A DNA stretch of 64,000 bases from an uncultured virus (IMG/VR IMGVR_UViG_3300035689_000001) (IMGVR_UViG_3300035689_000001); one strand, 5' to 3'; positions 17,664-28,604 are shown, counted from the first letter of the stretch. Program-made: numbers and translations. The notes: a model not told the origin generated them from the letters alone.

Positions 17664-18989
17664 ATGATCGACCACAGGGAACTCCAGATGTCTGTTCGCC
17701 GCACTGCCTCGCCACTTCGCTCGATCCGATCTTTAACGGCCCTTAGGCCGCAGACAAGAATCCATCGAGATTTATCTGCATTTCTGCATGATACATTCCG
17801 GCAAGACAAGCATCGCATTTCTACTGGCGACCTCCGGAGGATTAGCAAGACAGTTCCGGTCCAACGAGCATTCCGACGGATCAGCAATGGTGTTTTGACG
17901 ATGCCTTGGAGTGTATTTCCTCCCAAAGAATTAGCTCAAGACCCGGATGCCTTGGCGATCGCAGAACGCATAAAAACTGCGCTGAAAAAGCCAAACCGGG
18001 AAGAGCATAACCTATATTCCAAAATAGTTCAGTCTATCATTGACGAACTCTTGACCCTTGGGGTAGCGGCAGTAGAGCGGCAACCTGGAAATATTGAAGA
18101 TCCAGTCAATCAGCCATTCTGGTTGTTTCTGGCGAATGCTGAAAATATTCGCCTCAACCCTAGCTGGAGTGCCGCGATCGCCGGGATAGTGCCTAGGTAC
18201 TATGATTTTGGGGGTGGTTCATGGTCATCTGGTATCCCGATCATGGACAGCGCAATGTTTTTGATCCAACGGCATTGCAATGCATACGAAATCAACCCAG
18301 CCAGTCCCCTTGAAATTGCCTACTGGCTAATACAAACGTGGCTAGGGCTGGGGAATTTCCAACAGACAACCACTAGTCAAGCGGTGCGGGAATACATCCT
18401 GGTACTTAAGGGTGCGGATCAAAACGATGTTGAAGCGTTTCGGCAATACTGGGAAACAGATGTAGAGGGATCTGGCAAAATCCCTATCATTGGCAGCGAA
18501 GGCGTTGAGGTAGTAAAACTGGGAGCCAGAAACGATGATGAACTCTATCTGCGCTATACCGACTACGTTTTGAGGATTATCGCGATCGCATTTGATTTGG
18601 CAAGCCGTGATTTTGGCGTTACGGATCACGATAACCGTTCCACCGCAGGTGTGGCCGCCGATACCGTATTCCAGGACGCCATCCTGCCGATGGCGCTCTG
18701 CATTAAAGAACATTTACAGCTAGAAGTTGTTGACTATTACTATCCTGGCTATCAAATCAGCATTACCGATACAGAACCGCGATCCCAAGAGCAGGAGGCC
18801 AACACCGCCGCAATGCTATTCGACAAAGGCGTGATCTCTCGCAATGAAGCGCGGATACGAGCAGGCCATGAGGCACAGGCTGGTGGCGATGTTTATGTTG
18901 GCGGGGAGATCGTTCAGCGGGGAAAGATCCAAAAAGGCACAGACGCCACCGATCAGAGTTCTGGAGCAGTAGAAAATAACGATGTCTAA
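17664..18989 (+). CDS. Phage portal protein (HK97-like)
   Basis: LKKPN, IIDELLTLG.A.VE, SPLE, IAIAFDL...FG and GVISRNEARIRAGH motifs; the start could be 17688. Confidence 0.9.
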   Translation: MIDHRELQMSVRRTASPLRSIRSLTALRPQTRIHRDLSAFLHDTFRQDKHRISTGDLRRISKTVPVQRAFRRISNGVLTMPWSVFPPKELAQDPDALAIAERIKTALKKPNREEHNLYSKIVQSIIDELLTLGVAAVERQPGNIEDPVNQPFWLFLANAENIRLNPSWSAAIAGIVPRYYDFGGGSWSSGIPIMDSAMFLIQRHCNAYEINPASPLEIAYWLIQTWLGLGNFQQTTTSQAVREYILVLKGADQNDVEAFRQYWETDVEGSGKIPIIGSEGVEVVKLGARNDDELYLRYTDYVLRIIAIAFDLASRDFGVTDHDNRSTAGVAADTVFQDAILPMALCIKEHLQLEVVDYYYPGYQISITDTEPRSQEQEANTAAMLFDKGVISRNEARIRAGHEAQAGGDVYVGGEIVQRGKIQKGTDATDQSSGAVENNDV

Positions 18990-20442
18990 CCCAATCCAGC
19001 CCATCAGCGTACCTCAGTCACCCTCCCTCCCGGTTGCGGTGCAGTCGCCCCCTGATGCGTCTAGGGCAGCGGCAGTCCGCTCAGACAGCATTACGACAAG
19101 AACATCGACACAATCGCCGCTAAAAAGTCAACAACGAGATTTGCGCGGGCAGCCAAGTTACGATCCCTGTGAACTTATTATTTTGAATGGGGAATATCGG
19201 GGACAGTCAATTGACTTGGGGTTGGCGGTTAACTCAGCCGTCCACGAGCAGTCTGCCAATTGGCGAAACCAGAGCACAAAAGGCATCCGAGAAGGGATTA
19301 ATTTTGATGGTTTATCACCACGCGAGATCCGCATCGAACTGGAGTTCGCGTCAATTTCAGAGGATGTCTTTCACCTATTGGAAAATATTGCGGCGCTCCA
19401 AGAAATTGGCGGTGGTGAGAGGCAACCCCCTTTTTTGATGTGGGTGCAAGGGAGCGCCAGGATCGCTCCCGTTGTTTGCACTGGATTTACCCATACCCTC
19501 GAATATCCCCACCCTGGCCGCAAAGGGTTTCGGCATGGGCGATGCGAAATTCGACTACTGTTGCCCGGTGGCAAAGATTCGGAACATTCCCTTGGAAAAC
19601 CATTAACCGCCATCCCGGCGGGCGACATCCGGGATACAAAAACTAGACTCGAAAATCAACAGCGATCTCAAGTACAGGTCGCCAACCTTTTGCTTGCGCC
19701 TTGCATAGGCGAACGCGGCAGCAGGGAAGTCGAAACCCTGATACAAGAAAATCAACTCAACAGCCCTGCTGCCTACGCCAACCTCAGTCCTGAAACGATT
19801 GCGCAAGTCGCAATCGCTGGCATCATCCCTAAATCAGTATTGGAAGATCCAGTCATTAGGGACAAAGTTAGGGCGGCAATCGCCGCATCAATGGCGGCAG
19901 CAGAGCCAGGGATCGGCTACTATGCCCGCGTCGTTGCAGATGGACTGTTAACTGGAAATTTTGGCGGCATTCCAGATCCACGGGTACTGGAACAGGCAAT
20001 CCAGCTAAAACCAGACTTTGATGCGATCGCTGAGGCCGTGCTAAATCGATCGCCCGGATCAGTTTTGCGTCCTGGTAATACTGCGGGTGAGCGGTTGCGA
20101 CGATTTGGCGCATGTGGGCTAAGCTTGCGCAGTGCTGGCGCGCTACAAGTGCGTGGACTAAAAAATGAAGGCGAAACGCTGGACGCAATCAATACGTTAA
20201 TTGCAGAAAACAACGATAGCGAAATTCGTCGTCGATTTGGTGTATCGACAGATGATGAGGTTCGCGCCATTAAAAATGGAGGCCCTTACCAGAGTCGCAA
20301 CCAATTTAACGAGCATCTCAGTCGAAGTGCGTCAATAAATGCAGTCGCACTGTGGAGCCGCTTTGAGCAATCAACAGCCACTACCGCCGACAGCGATTTC
20401 ACTACCGCCGACAGCGATTCCACTACCGCTGACGCTGAATAG
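18982..20442 (+). CDS. Baseplate/tube-initiator-like protein (P2 gpU-like N-terminal domain) with a helical extension and a TADS-repeat tail
   Basis: GINFDGLSPREIRIELEF...PPFLMWVQG....VVCTGFTHTLE pattern. Confidence 0.55.
   Translation: MSNPIQPISVPQSPSLPVAVQSPPDASRAAAVRSDSITTRTSTQSPLKSQQRDLRGQPSYDPCELIILNGEYRGQSIDLGLAVNSAVHEQSANWRNQSTKGIREGINFDGLSPREIRIELEFASISEDVFHLLENIAALQEIGGGERQPPFLMWVQGSARIAPVVCTGFTHTLEYPHPGRKGFRHGRCEIRLLLPGGKDSEHSLGKPLTAIPAGDIRDTKTRLENQQRSQVQVANLLLAPCIGERGSREVETLIQENQLNSPAAYANLSPETIAQVAIAGIIPKSVLEDPVIRDKVRAAIAASMAAAEPGIGYYARVVADGLLTGNFGGIPDPRVLEQAIQLKPDFDAIAEAVLNRSPGSVLRPGNTAGERLRRFGACGLSLRSAGALQVRGLKNEGETLDAINTLIAENNDSEIRRRFGVSTDDEVRAIKNGGPYQSRNQFNEHLSRSASINAVALWSRFEQSTATTADSDFTTADSDSTTADAE
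20379..20439 (+). repeat. 21-bp in-frame tandem repeat, about 3 copies (TTADSDF/TTADSDS/TTADAE)
   Basis: CACTACCGCCGACAGCGATT repeated. Confidence 0.9.
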
Positions 20443-20531
20443 TGCAATTTTTGCAAATTTGCACTATGATCTAAATTATCTAAAATAACAACCCCTCAGC
20501 GGGGGAGTAACGACTCACTCGCTGTTGTTGT

Positions 20532-20954
20532 ATGCTAGTTCAATGCAAGTTGCTACGTCCCTCCTTAGAACCGTTGCAAATTCCCTATCCTAATGGCTAT
20601 GAGGGAGCCAAAAGCATGGGGGAAGGCGATGCAGAATTTTATATTTCCACATTACCCCGATGGCTGACCCCCGGTGAGCTGGAGCTAGCGAACCAGTTCG
20701 TTAGTAAATTGCCGTATCCTCAGTCAGTCAAGCGAATGGGGCCAGTTTTGATTGATCAAGATGATCCGCTATTAAGCTGCGATCATGATGCCCTAGATCA
20801 GGCCGAAATTTCGGCGCAGGCTCCCAATACTCGTAATGCGCCAGGTGGCGGAACCCGTTCAATCTATGAGCGGGTTTTGCTGTTACGGGAAACCGGATAC
20901 ATGGGCGGAGCCAACAAAGTACTACCTTTTAATACCCAGGAGCAAGCAGAGTGA
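20532..20954 (+). CDS. Hypothetical protein
   Basis: 140-aa ORF coupled to the sheath gene by a GTGA overlap. Confidence 0.6.
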   Translation: MLVQCKLLRPSLEPLQIPYPNGYEGAKSMGEGDAEFYISTLPRWLTPGELELANQFVSKLPYPQSVKRMGPVLIDQDDPLLSCDHDALDQAEISAQAPNTRNAPGGGTRSIYERVLLLRETGYMGGANKVLPFNTQEQAE

Positions 20955-23900
20955 ATACACGGCTTTTTGGTTCCCCTGTTGGCGCTCCCGGGGTAGATGT
21001 GCTGGAGCGTTCTAGTGGCAACGCATTGTCTGATCCCAATTTTGGCGCGGTCGCTTATTATGGCGTGATGAAGCGCGGTGAGCCAGGGGTTGCGATTCCG
21101 ATTCGTTCACGCCGCGAGTACGACGAAATTTTTGGCGATCCGTCTGACCCGACCTGGCACCTAGATCGAAATGGAGCACATCTGGTTCCCGATGCGGTTG
21201 ATGGATTTTTAGGTGCATCTGGTGGTTCTGGCACGATCTGGCTGACGCGCCTGGATCTAGATGGCAAAGCCCGAGCCGCATCGGTTGTGCTAAAAAACCG
21301 GTTTGGTGCGGATGCACTGCGGATTTCAGCGGCAAACCCTGGCAGGTGGGGAGGGCAAGCAGCAGAAATTGGATCAACTGCTGTACTGTTTGCCACCAGC
21401 CGCACATTTACTTTAGTGGCACCCGGAACTGAAGCAAACGAGTTTTTGGAAGCAGATGCGTCGTTTTCGAGTGCGCCAGGAAAGCGATATATCATCACGG
21501 GCAACACTGCTGCCAGTGCATCAGGCGAAGTTGTGTTTACGGTGGCGGATCAGTACAACCTGTTTACTGATGGCATTTCAGGCCCTGTTGCGCTAGCTGG
21601 TACCGCTAGCTATCAACGATTCCAGACCTTAACTGGATCGATACAGTTTCCGCTATTGCGCAACCTGAGTGGTACCGCTGCGCTTAACGGAACAGTCATC
21701 ACCGGTACGGGCACCAGCTTCCTGGCTGACCTGTACGTTGGGGCGAATGTTTATGTCGCTGGTGAAGCGAGGGCCGTTCAGAGCATCACCAGCGACACGA
21801 CCCTGACGGTTAATGCTGCATTTACGGCACAAGGATCAAGTCTTACACTGCAGGCGGATAACTTAACAGTCACCGGGACCACGACAGAATTTCTTGAAGA
21901 TTTGAATGTTGGGGATACTTTGTATGCCAATGTTCAAGGCCAGCAGCAGGGAAGGGTAATTGCCAACATCGTCAGTGACACTGAGCTGGTACTAGAGTCT
22001 GGATTTACCCAGGCGCTTTCAGCCGGTACTCAGGCGCAAAAAATTAACCTGACCGTCACGGGCACCACCACTGCGTTCACCACCGAACTGCAGGTTGGTC
22101 AATTCCTGATTGACCCCAGCAGACCCGCTGCATTTGTTCAGATTACCGCGATCGACAGCGCAATTTCTCTCACGATTGCATCGCCGTTCGGCAGTAATTT
22201 TGCCGCCACTCAACTGACACGACAAAACCAAACCGTCAGCGTAGCGCTGAGTAATTCTTCAGGCCAAGGACTGTCCGTTGAGATCGGCCAAGGGCTGCGA
22301 TATCCGGAATCTCATTTCAGTCTACTGGTTCGCTTTAATGGCAACCAAGTTGTTAACATCCCAGATGCATCGCTGGATCCATTAGATCCTCAAGGGCTGT
22401 TTGTAGAACCGCTGGTTAATGATTCTAATATTTCGTATCGGGTTGGCAGCCAGAACTATCAGAAATACATCAAAGCGGAATCGCTCTGGACATCTGAGTA
22501 TACAACTAACCCTGCAACCGATTGCCGTCCTTGTAACGGTGCTGGGCAAATCCTGGCGATCTCAACAGATACGCTCTGGACATCTGCCTTGATGGATTAC
22601 ACGAAAGTAGTTGGACAGTTTGTTTATCCCAATCCCTACACTCAACCGCGCGGGTTTTTTAGGGTCAAATCAGCGCGGGCACCCCTGACGTTAGAGGGAA
22701 CTATCAGCAGTTCTGGTGTTGTCGTTACGGGTACCGGAACCACGTTTTTAACGTCTTTGCAGGTGGGCGATTATCTTTATATTCCTCACCTCAATGTAGC
22801 TCGCAAGGTGCGGTTGATTTCTAGCAACACGTCCCTAACGTTGGATTCTGCATTTGCAAGCAATCTGCCTAGCCTGACGGTGGCGGGTCGTTCTGGGCAT
22901 ATTAAAGTTGATCAAGGGTATGACCTGACTCGGGTGGCGCAACAGGGCGATCGCTTTTTGGTAGTTTACCCAACTGAATTGGCGGGTGGCTATGACGGAG
23001 ATACCGCAACGTTGATCCCGTTTCACTTTACAAAGTATGCGGACATTGATCGAAACCACCTGGAAAACGCTGTATTTGGGCGCAACCAAGGGCTGATCCG
23101 GATGGCAACGCCTGGAATTTCTGATATCTCAACCCAGCAACAGTTTGCGCGATACGCGAGTGCAAAAGCATATGAGTATCGCTGCGAAATTCCGTCAACT
23201 TTTACGTCAGCATCGGCAGCGGAGTCGTTTGTTATCAACTCGATTGGTCGAGATGATTTCATCACGGTTGCGTTTCCATCGTATGGATTCATCAGCAATC
23301 CATTAGGGGCTGGAGAGCGCATGATTACTCTTTCGGGGGAAATCATGGGGGGCGAGAGTCGCAAGGCAAATCAGGTGCAAGGGTATCATGCGCCATTTGC
23401 TGGCATTAGCGCATTTCTGTCGCGCATTACGCGATTGCCTTACGAATCCAGCCCATCAGATGAAGCAATTTTGAATTTGGCGGGCATTCAACCGATCAAA
23501 TATCTGGATGGACGAGCTGTTGTATTTGGTGCGCGATCCCCGTCTCTCTCGCCAACCTACGACTTTACTCACATTCGACGGATTCAGTCTAACTATGTCC
23601 GGATCTTCTTAGAAGCCCGGACAATGCTGGAAATGATTTTTTCCCCCAACCAGCCTGAGTTGGTAGATCAAATCGTGATGCTCCTTAACAACTTTGCGCG
23701 CCGAGAGTATCGCAAAGGCGTTATGACAAACTATCTCTCATTTGATCAAGCGGTTCAGATTCAGGGAGAGCTTGGTGGCCAACAGGGTGTTATCTCGGAT
23801 GTTGGATCTGTAGATGCGCTGGTACAGATTATTAACGGCAAACTTAAGGTCTTCTTCCGGTACGTCCCAACCGGCATCCTGGAACGGTTGACGATTGATG

Positions 23901-23962
23901 CTGGCCCAGACATACTCGTCGCGCAGTTTGGCAACACAATAACTCAACAGACAGGCATTTAA
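20951..23962 (+). CDS. Contractile tail sheath protein, enlarged by inserted beta repeats
   Basis: APGVDVLE, FGDP, ANPGRWG, LAGGYDG, LNLAGIQPI, VVFGARS and FTHIRR motifs. Confidence 0.92.
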   Translation: MNTRLFGSPVGAPGVDVLERSSGNALSDPNFGAVAYYGVMKRGEPGVAIPIRSRREYDEIFGDPSDPTWHLDRNGAHLVPDAVDGFLGASGGSGTIWLTRLDLDGKARAASVVLKNRFGADALRISAANPGRWGGQAAEIGSTAVLFATSRTFTLVAPGTEANEFLEADASFSSAPGKRYIITGNTAASASGEVVFTVADQYNLFTDGISGPVALAGTASYQRFQTLTGSIQFPLLRNLSGTAALNGTVITGTGTSFLADLYVGANVYVAGEARAVQSITSDTTLTVNAAFTAQGSSLTLQADNLTVTGTTTEFLEDLNVGDTLYANVQGQQQGRVIANIVSDTELVLESGFTQALSAGTQAQKINLTVTGTTTAFTTELQVGQFLIDPSRPAAFVQITAIDSAISLTIASPFGSNFAATQLTRQNQTVSVALSNSSGQGLSVEIGQGLRYPESHFSLLVRFNGNQVVNIPDASLDPLDPQGLFVEPLVNDSNISYRVGSQNYQKYIKAESLWTSEYTTNPATDCRPCNGAGQILAISTDTLWTSALMDYTKVVGQFVYPNPYTQPRGFFRVKSARAPLTLEGTISSSGVVVTGTGTTFLTSLQVGDYLYIPHLNVARKVRLISSNTSLTLDSAFASNLPSLTVAGRSGHIKVDQGYDLTRVAQQGDRFLVVYPTELAGGYDGDTATLIPFHFTKYADIDRNHLENAVFGRNQGLIRMATPGISDISTQQQFARYASAKAYEYRCEIPSTFTSASAAESFVINSIGRDDFITVAFPSYGFISNPLGAGERMITLSGEIMGGESRKANQVQGYHAPFAGISAFLSRITRLPYESSPSDEAILNLAGIQPIKYLDGRAVVFGARSPSLSPTYDFTHIRRIQSNYVRIFLEARTMLEMIFSPNQPELVDQIVMLLNNFARREYRKGVMTNYLSFDQAVQIQGELGGQQGVISDVGSVDALVQIINGKLKVFFRYVPTGILERLTIDAGPDILVAQFGNTITQQTGI

Positions 23963-24022
23963 CGACCTAAAACCGAGTGCAAGCCTCGTTGTTAGACCAG
24001 TTCCAGATATTCGGAGTTCCCC

Positions 24023-24565
24023 ATGGTAATCAGAAAAGCGGTCTTAGAGCAAAATACAGCATTAAAATCAAAGCAAAGATTTTTGGTGGATGGTTTGGTT
24101 TCCGCTGACATCGTGTTGCTCACCAGAGATCCTCTGGAGATGACGATTGGGGTAATCGAGCTGCCCGATCAAACTCGGATACCAGGTGGCGTCCGGCGGG
24201 CGGGCGAATTTGGCCTAACGCTTCAGTTTGGGCGAAATCGAGATCGAGAAGTTTTTCGTCGCTGGCACGTAATGTGCGTCGATCAGGGGGAGCGTGGCAT
24301 CGATCCTACCTACAAACGATCCGGTACAATTGTTTATTACAGGGTATTTCAGGGTAGTCCTGGTACTTACAATAGTGGTAGCGATCTGCCGCCCATTCGT
24401 GCTCGATTGTTTGGCCTGTGGCCGCAAACTATCAACCTGCCCGATATGGATTTGTCGGCGGACGAGGGCGAAGATGGTTCCTGCGTGATGGAAGTGACCA
24501 TGTCCTTCGATGATGCAGATCTGGTGCCACAAGACACTGCTGTCGGCGCATTAGGCGGAATCTAA
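24023..24565 (+). CDS. Tail tube protein
   Basis: Follows the sheath; YKRSGTIVY...LFGLWP....PDMD....MEVTMSFD is T4 gp19-like. Confidence 0.8.
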   Translation: MVIRKAVLEQNTALKSKQRFLVDGLVSADIVLLTRDPLEMTIGVIELPDQTRIPGGVRRAGEFGLTLQFGRNRDREVFRRWHVMCVDQGERGIDPTYKRSGTIVYYRVFQGSPGTYNSGSDLPPIRARLFGLWPQTINLPDMDLSADEGEDGSCVMEVTMSFDDADLVPQDTAVGALGGI

Positions 24566-24593
24566 GGCGGACTATTGATAAATATCAAGGAAT

Positions 24594-24630
24594 TAAAGCC
24601 CCAGCGGGTATTCTAGTCGCTGGGGCTTTA
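24594..24630. terminator. Hairpin between the tube and protease genes
   Basis: TAAAGCCCCAGCG...CGCTGGGGCTTTA. Confidence 0.5.
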
Positions 24631-26288
24631 TGTCTTTCTTGCTCATCCAACAAAATATTCAGGCAGCGGGCCGTACCCTTTCCCAAAAAAATGCAAGTCG
24701 GCTGAAAATTGCGTTTCGAGAAATTACCTCTATTTTGATAGAGGCTGGATTGGTTGATGCCGATACTATTCAGGATCTAATGGAAGACTCGGTTGAAGAA
24801 GCAGCCGAATCTTCAACTGAACCATCCGAAGTTGCGGTAGCGGCGGAATCATTTCCCCAGCAGGTCAACCGTGTCACTTGGCATGATCGGCTGCGGTCAA
24901 CGATCAAAATTTTTATAAAACGGTTTTCTGATATCCATAACCTGTCAGACGCTGAGTACGAAGATGAGTACGGGAACGATGAAACCCGTCAGCAGGCAAT
25001 GGACTCAATCGTTAGCGATCTATCCACTATCCTGGCGCAATTGGGGCAACAACATCCTGGGCAAGCCGAAAATTGGCGCGATCGCTGGAATGGCTATGAT
25101 GCTCCCTATAGCCCATTTATGCTCAGTGCCGAGAGTGGGGATGCCAAGCCAGTCAATTATGTAAAGCTGGCGATCCAATGCGATGCTGTTGTGAGCAATG
25201 TAGCGGCAAAGCGTAGCCGCAATAAAGAATCTGGCAAAAACCGAGTCCCTGTAACGGGTGTGTTGTTCCGGATTGATGAGCCTTCCGAAGCGGTTCCAGC
25301 AAAGGGGCCGGGGTTGCCGCTTTACATTCCAGCAGAAGTCGCAGCCTCTATTGTCAATACTGTCACGGGCTTACCGCTTGATGCACACGACAACCTGAGT
25401 CAGCACGCCGAAGAAGAGATAACCGGAGCGATGCTATCGGCAGAGGTTCAGGGCAAAGATTTTGTTGTGCATGGCGTTCTATGGCCCGCGTCTAAAACCT
25501 CAAAAGTTAAAAAAATTGCCGCCAATGCCGAGAAGCTCGGCATGTCGATGACGGCGGATGCATGGGGCCACGAAGCCGAAGTTGATGGCAACAAAGTTTT
25601 CTGGGTCGATGACCTTGACCTGTCAGGAGCAAATATTCTGTTTAGCGATTGCGCAACGTACCAGAAAACCCGGCTGCTAATGGCAGAACGTCGTGACCCA
25701 ACGGCTGAACTTCCCACTGCAATTGCAGCAAACTCTACCACTATAATCCCACAGGAGCAAATCGGTATGGACCCTGAACTGAAACAGCAGCTCGCATTGA
25801 TCCAATCATCCTTGGCAAGCGTTGGACAACTAACTCAGACAGTTACCTCCCACAGCGAGGCGATCGCACAGATCCAGCAAACCCTTACCCCAATTGCAGC
25901 ATCAGTGCAGGCAATCGATGCGGAGCGGTGTGCCCAGCAGGAGGCAGCTAACGCGACAGCGCAGCAGAAGGCGGCACAAGAAACAATGCAGTCTGTCGTT
26001 GCAGCGGCACTGGCCAATATCAATACGCAGGTACAAGAAGCGGTTACAACAGCCGTTAAGGCGGCGATCAATCCATCACGTCAACCTGCTCGCCTGACAA
26101 CCCCGTTGCTGGCAAATGCAGCACAGCAGGGGCAAGCAGCAACTGTTTCGAGTGAAGCAATGGCCATCCAGTTGGAACTGGCCAAACTGGATGGACAGCT
26201 GACTGGTGCCCGTGGGTTGGCAGCACAAACTGCAATCCTGGATCAAAGGCGTGCATTGGAAATGCAGCTGCACGCTCTGCAGGTGTAA
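24630..26288 (+). CDS. Putative prohead protease/scaffold protein
   Basis: Directly upstream of the major capsid gene; central LPLDAH..H...G....GMS protease-like domain; Ala/Gln-rich coiled-coil C-terminus. Confidence 0.65.
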   Translation: MSFLLIQQNIQAAGRTLSQKNASRLKIAFREITSILIEAGLVDADTIQDLMEDSVEEAAESSTEPSEVAVAAESFPQQVNRVTWHDRLRSTIKIFIKRFSDIHNLSDAEYEDEYGNDETRQQAMDSIVSDLSTILAQLGQQHPGQAENWRDRWNGYDAPYSPFMLSAESGDAKPVNYVKLAIQCDAVVSNVAAKRSRNKESGKNRVPVTGVLFRIDEPSEAVPAKGPGLPLYIPAEVAASIVNTVTGLPLDAHDNLSQHAEEEITGAMLSAEVQGKDFVVHGVLWPASKTSKVKKIAANAEKLGMSMTADAWGHEAEVDGNKVFWVDDLDLSGANILFSDCATYQKTRLLMAERRDPTAELPTAIAANSTTIIPQEQIGMDPELKQQLALIQSSLASVGQLTQTVTSHSEAIAQIQQTLTPIAASVQAIDAERCAQQEAANATAQQKAAQETMQSVVAAALANINTQVQEAVTTAVKAAINPSRQPARLTTPLLANAAQQGQAATVSSEAMAIQLELAKLDGQLTGARGLAAQTAILDQRRALEMQLHALQV

Positions 26289-26338
26289 CTCCTTGCCCAG
26301 TTCCATTTTTTCTAATAGGTCTGTAATAGGAGTAATTC

Positions 26339-27442
26339 ATGGTAACGAGCTTTGCCACCCCTGCGGTTGATCCGCTAGAATTCGGAGGTTTTCATGCTGC
26401 CATTCAGGCAAACGCCCTGAACCTGGATGGTTTTACAGTTCGAACCGACTATATGTCGGTCATTGGCGAATATATTCGCCGCAACTTGATCCTGTGGCCA
26501 CTGCTTGCAAAAGAAGCTGCGGAGGCTGATCTGGTTCGTGAAATCCTGGAAGGACCTGAACCTACCACCGGGTTTTTTAATAAGACCCAGATGAACCCGC
26601 CAGAAAACGGAACCAATACCCCGATCCCCAACGACCTGACAGATCCTGGTCAGGAGATTAAAGCGGTTGGAGGCGTGATCAATATCAGTCACTATTCCAG
26701 ATCGTTGTGGCAGCAGCAGGGCCGTCCGTTTGGCACCAACGTTGATCAGCTCGCCAAAAAAACTGACAACCTGATCTCTAGTACCGCCAAGCGGTTAGAG
26801 CGTACATTGATCATGGGGAACGCAACCACGAACCCGATGGAGTTTAATGGATTGCGAGCGCTCCAGGCATCCGGACGCACTTTCGAAGGAAATATCGCGT
26901 CTGGCCACTCAGCCATCAAAAAATTGCGGGGCGTTATCCGGTTGGCGGTGAGCGATGAAAATATCCTCCAAGGGATTACCCATATTGCTTGTTCATCGTT
27001 AGGGGTTCAGCTAATTGAAGATGAAACCGATACAAAGCTGGACTACGTTAACCTCGAAGAAATCCGTCCCGGCTTGCGGGTGCCTGGAATCATCACTCAG
27101 GGCAATACTCAGGGGCCAACTCCAATTATTTCTTCACCTTATATCCAGGACACTCCGGGGACTCCCGCCAACGGAGAGACGCCCGCCACGCCTGATATCG
27201 TAGAATATTATCTGATTGATATGAATCAGTTGGTGTGGAAAGGGGTGCGCCCAATTGGTGGTCCAACCGAAGGGGAGTCGGCATTTGATCCGCAAGTATT
27301 TGATCTGACCAACACGGCAGCACCTTTCCTGGTTGAAAAACGGGTTTGCATTGCCTATGGTGCATTGTATGCCAAAAACCGTGGACGCGGCATCTGGCGG
27401 TTGCGCATGAGAGTACCGCAGGGCACGATTGGATCGGTCTAA
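26339..27442 (+). CDS. Major capsid protein (HK97 fold)
   Basis: 367 aa; EIKAVGGVINISHY, LERTLIMGN..TNPMEFNGL and YGAL motifs; position in the head operon. Confidence 0.85.
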   Translation: MVTSFATPAVDPLEFGGFHAAIQANALNLDGFTVRTDYMSVIGEYIRRNLILWPLLAKEAAEADLVREILEGPEPTTGFFNKTQMNPPENGTNTPIPNDLTDPGQEIKAVGGVINISHYSRSLWQQQGRPFGTNVDQLAKKTDNLISSTAKRLERTLIMGNATTNPMEFNGLRALQASGRTFEGNIASGHSAIKKLRGVIRLAVSDENILQGITHIACSSLGVQLIEDETDTKLDYVNLEEIRPGLRVPGIITQGNTQGPTPIISSPYIQDTPGTPANGETPATPDIVEYYLIDMNQLVWKGVRPIGGPTEGESAFDPQVFDLTNTAAPFLVEKRVCIAYGALYAKNRGRGIWRLRMRVPQGTIGSV

Positions 27443-27476
27443 CGCAATAGTGCCGCAAATGCAGTAGGGGGACAAC

Positions 27477-27884
27477 ATGTTAGTTAAGCCAACAGACCGG
27501 TGGCTAGGAAGAAGCCAGCGCATTCCGCGAGGGCGAAAGATCGATCGCAACGGACTTAATCCGATTGAGGTAACCGAAGAAGAGTCCCGCTGGTTAGCAG
27601 AAAACTTTTTTGCCTTCCCGGTTGCCGATGAGTCCGCACCGCCTATTTCTCCACTACTTGACAGTCAGACTGCGCCACCCACATCCGACGAGTCCAATAT
27701 CCAGCAAACGATATTGGACTACCTCAACACCACCCCCCCAGCCCAGATTGCCCAAGAAATTAAAGGCATCGGAAGGCAAACAGCCGATCAAATGGCAGTC
27801 GCCCGACCACTTGACTATGGCGAGGTGGAAGCTATCTTGAACGATCGCCAGATTAAAGCGATTAAAGCGTTCCTGTCTTCCTGA
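27477..27884 (+). CDS. Hypothetical head-associated protein with a helix-hairpin-helix motif
   Basis: IAQEIKGIGRQTA HhH motif. Confidence 0.6.
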   Translation: MLVKPTDRWLGRSQRIPRGRKIDRNGLNPIEVTEEESRWLAENFFAFPVADESAPPISPLLDSQTAPPTSDESNIQQTILDYLNTTPPAQIAQEIKGIGRQTADQMAVARPLDYGEVEAILNDRQIKAIKAFLSS

Positions 27885-27917
27885 ACAACCACGGCGCAAC
27901 TGCGGCGTTTTTGATTT

Positions 27918-28604
27918 ATGTCCACTTCCATTGTTTTTCCAGAACCCAGAACCCCGATCTATCTATCTGTCAGTCAGGCGCGATCGCGGTTAATTGCGGC
28001 AGGTTTTTATACGGCTCAGACAGTTCCTGGTGAAAACATAATTAGTGAGTGGTTGCTGGAACTGGAAGACGTTATAGATGAATGGGTTTGCCACCGTATT
28101 GCGGAAACACGCTACCAAGAGGTGACTAGAACTAATCAAAAGGGAGTGATTTTGTTAAACCATTACCCTGTTGTAGAGGTTGAAGAAGTTGCGATCTATG
28201 CCGATCAACCAACCAATAGTCAGCCGATCCCACTGAGTCCTTCGGAATACAGCGGGATTTGGCGGCAGGATCGACGGGTGTACACCAGTTTGATCAATAT
28301 TCCGGTTCGGGTTGTTTATTGTGCAGGCATCGATCCAATCCCTAGGATATTGGCCAGTACCATTTACCTGTTGCTCCACCAGTTTGTTGAAAAAGGTTGT
28401 CCACCAACTGGCTTTAGCTTTTTGAACAAAATTCATCAGGATGTAAAATCAATTTCGCTGCCCGGTGGCCTGTCTAAGTCATTTGAAACATATCGATCAT
28501 CTGGTAAGTCATTAACAGGTTCCGGGCCAGGTGGCGCACTCACGGAATTGGATTATTTGCTGGCACCCCTAGAACGATACCGCTACCCTGTTGTAACGGC
28601 CTGA
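27918..28604 (+). CDS. Head-tail adaptor/connector
   Basis: YLSV..A...L, IDEW, YPVVEV, RVVYCAG..PIP and LLAPLERYR motifs. Confidence 0.75.
   Translation: MSTSIVFPEPRTPIYLSVSQARSRLIAAGFYTAQTVPGENIISEWLLELEDVIDEWVCHRIAETRYQEVTRTNQKGVILLNHYPVVEVEEVAIYADQPTNSQPIPLSPSEYSGIWRQDRRVYTSLINIPVRVVYCAGIDPIPRILASTIYLLLHQFVEKGCPPTGFSFLNKIHQDVKSISLPGGLSKSFETYRSSGKSLTGSGPGGALTELDYLLAPLERYRYPVVTA

Noticed and set aside
17636..17926. N-terminal extension of the 761-aa ORF
   Set aside because: It overlaps the portal gene on the opposite strand; ATG 17635 is more plausible
18982..24565. Extracellular contractile injection system or tailocin
   Set aside because: Portal, capsid, adaptors, integrase and attP indicate a complete phage
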